Assembly (NCBI GenBank): GCA_902386025.1
Contig: CABMHR010000002.1
Location: 56,804 to 120,803 of the forward strand
Reading direction: 5' to 3'
Length of the DNA stretch: 64,000 nt
Source: an uncultured archaeon
GTDB taxonomy: Archaea; Nanobdellota; Nanobdellia; Pacearchaeales; GW2011-AR1
The notes under the pieces are model-generated. The model worked only from the letters and a program-made list of their open reading frames with translations, searched no databases and had not been told where the DNA came from. Positions 63,991 to 64,000 of this stretch are shown piece after piece (the first letter of the stretch is position 1; every line of letters starts with the position of its first letter). The position numbers and the translations under genes were made by a program.

Positions 63991-64000
63991 GTTAATGCTA

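Larger units (their letters stand above)
59855..64000. mobile_element. Candidate integrated element / genomic island abutting tRNA-Asp (right end beyond the window)
   Basis: Gene content switches right after the tRNA to Dam methylase, Zn-ribbon ORFs, a PD-(D/E)xK coiled-coil protein, wHTH proteins and iteron-like repeats. No integrase or att duplicate is seen within the window. Confidence 0.4.

Overview
AT-rich, very gene-dense archaeal chromosome segment. It looks most like a small-genome DPANN-type archaeon (Woese-/Pace-/Nanoarchaeota-like), judged from gene content only. Archaeal hallmarks: rpoH-rpoB-rpoA-nusA-S12-S7-aEF2-aEF1alpha cluster (45.5-58.4 kb), PIN(Fcf1-like)-rpoE'-spt4-S24e-S27ae operon (18.2-20.6 kb, minus strand), a class III (type IV pilin-like) signal peptide protein, and five tRNAs (His, Trp, Arg, Lys, Asp), two of them with introns. 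Housekeeping genes: a C-terminally truncated GluRS, HisRS, ScpA, Dph6, U32 peptidase, FKBP, DEAD-box helicase, Lhr-core helicase, TtuA-like PP-loop ATPase, and a four-gene Fe-S module (ArsR-IscS-DUF1858-IscU). A co-directional nine-gene deoxynucleotide cluster follows: nrdR-nrdD-nrdG-dCMP deaminase-unknown-dut-thyA-folA-trx. Bacterial-looking genes include NrdR and a DisA-type diadenylate cyclase. Accessory content: TA-like modules (DUF2283/DUF4258-like, RelE-like, PIN). A 3-kb tmk / GlnD-type nucleotidyltransferase / EEP-hydrolase block is bracketed by 39-40 nt palindromic direct repeats. Downstream of an intron-containing tRNA-Asp lies an island-like region (59.9-64 kb) with Dam methylase, Zn-ribbon ORFs, a coiled-coil PD-(D/E)xK protein, wHTH proteins and iteron-like repeats. 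Most notable observations: a single fused rpoA (A'+A'') gene, an in-frame TAA splitting a 469-codon frame, the repeat-bracketed cassette, the tRNA-Asp island, and a GluRS lacking its anticodon-binding domain. I recognised no rRNA, CRISPR array, transposase or integrase. All calls come from reading the translations and hand-folding RNAs, and no database search was possible.
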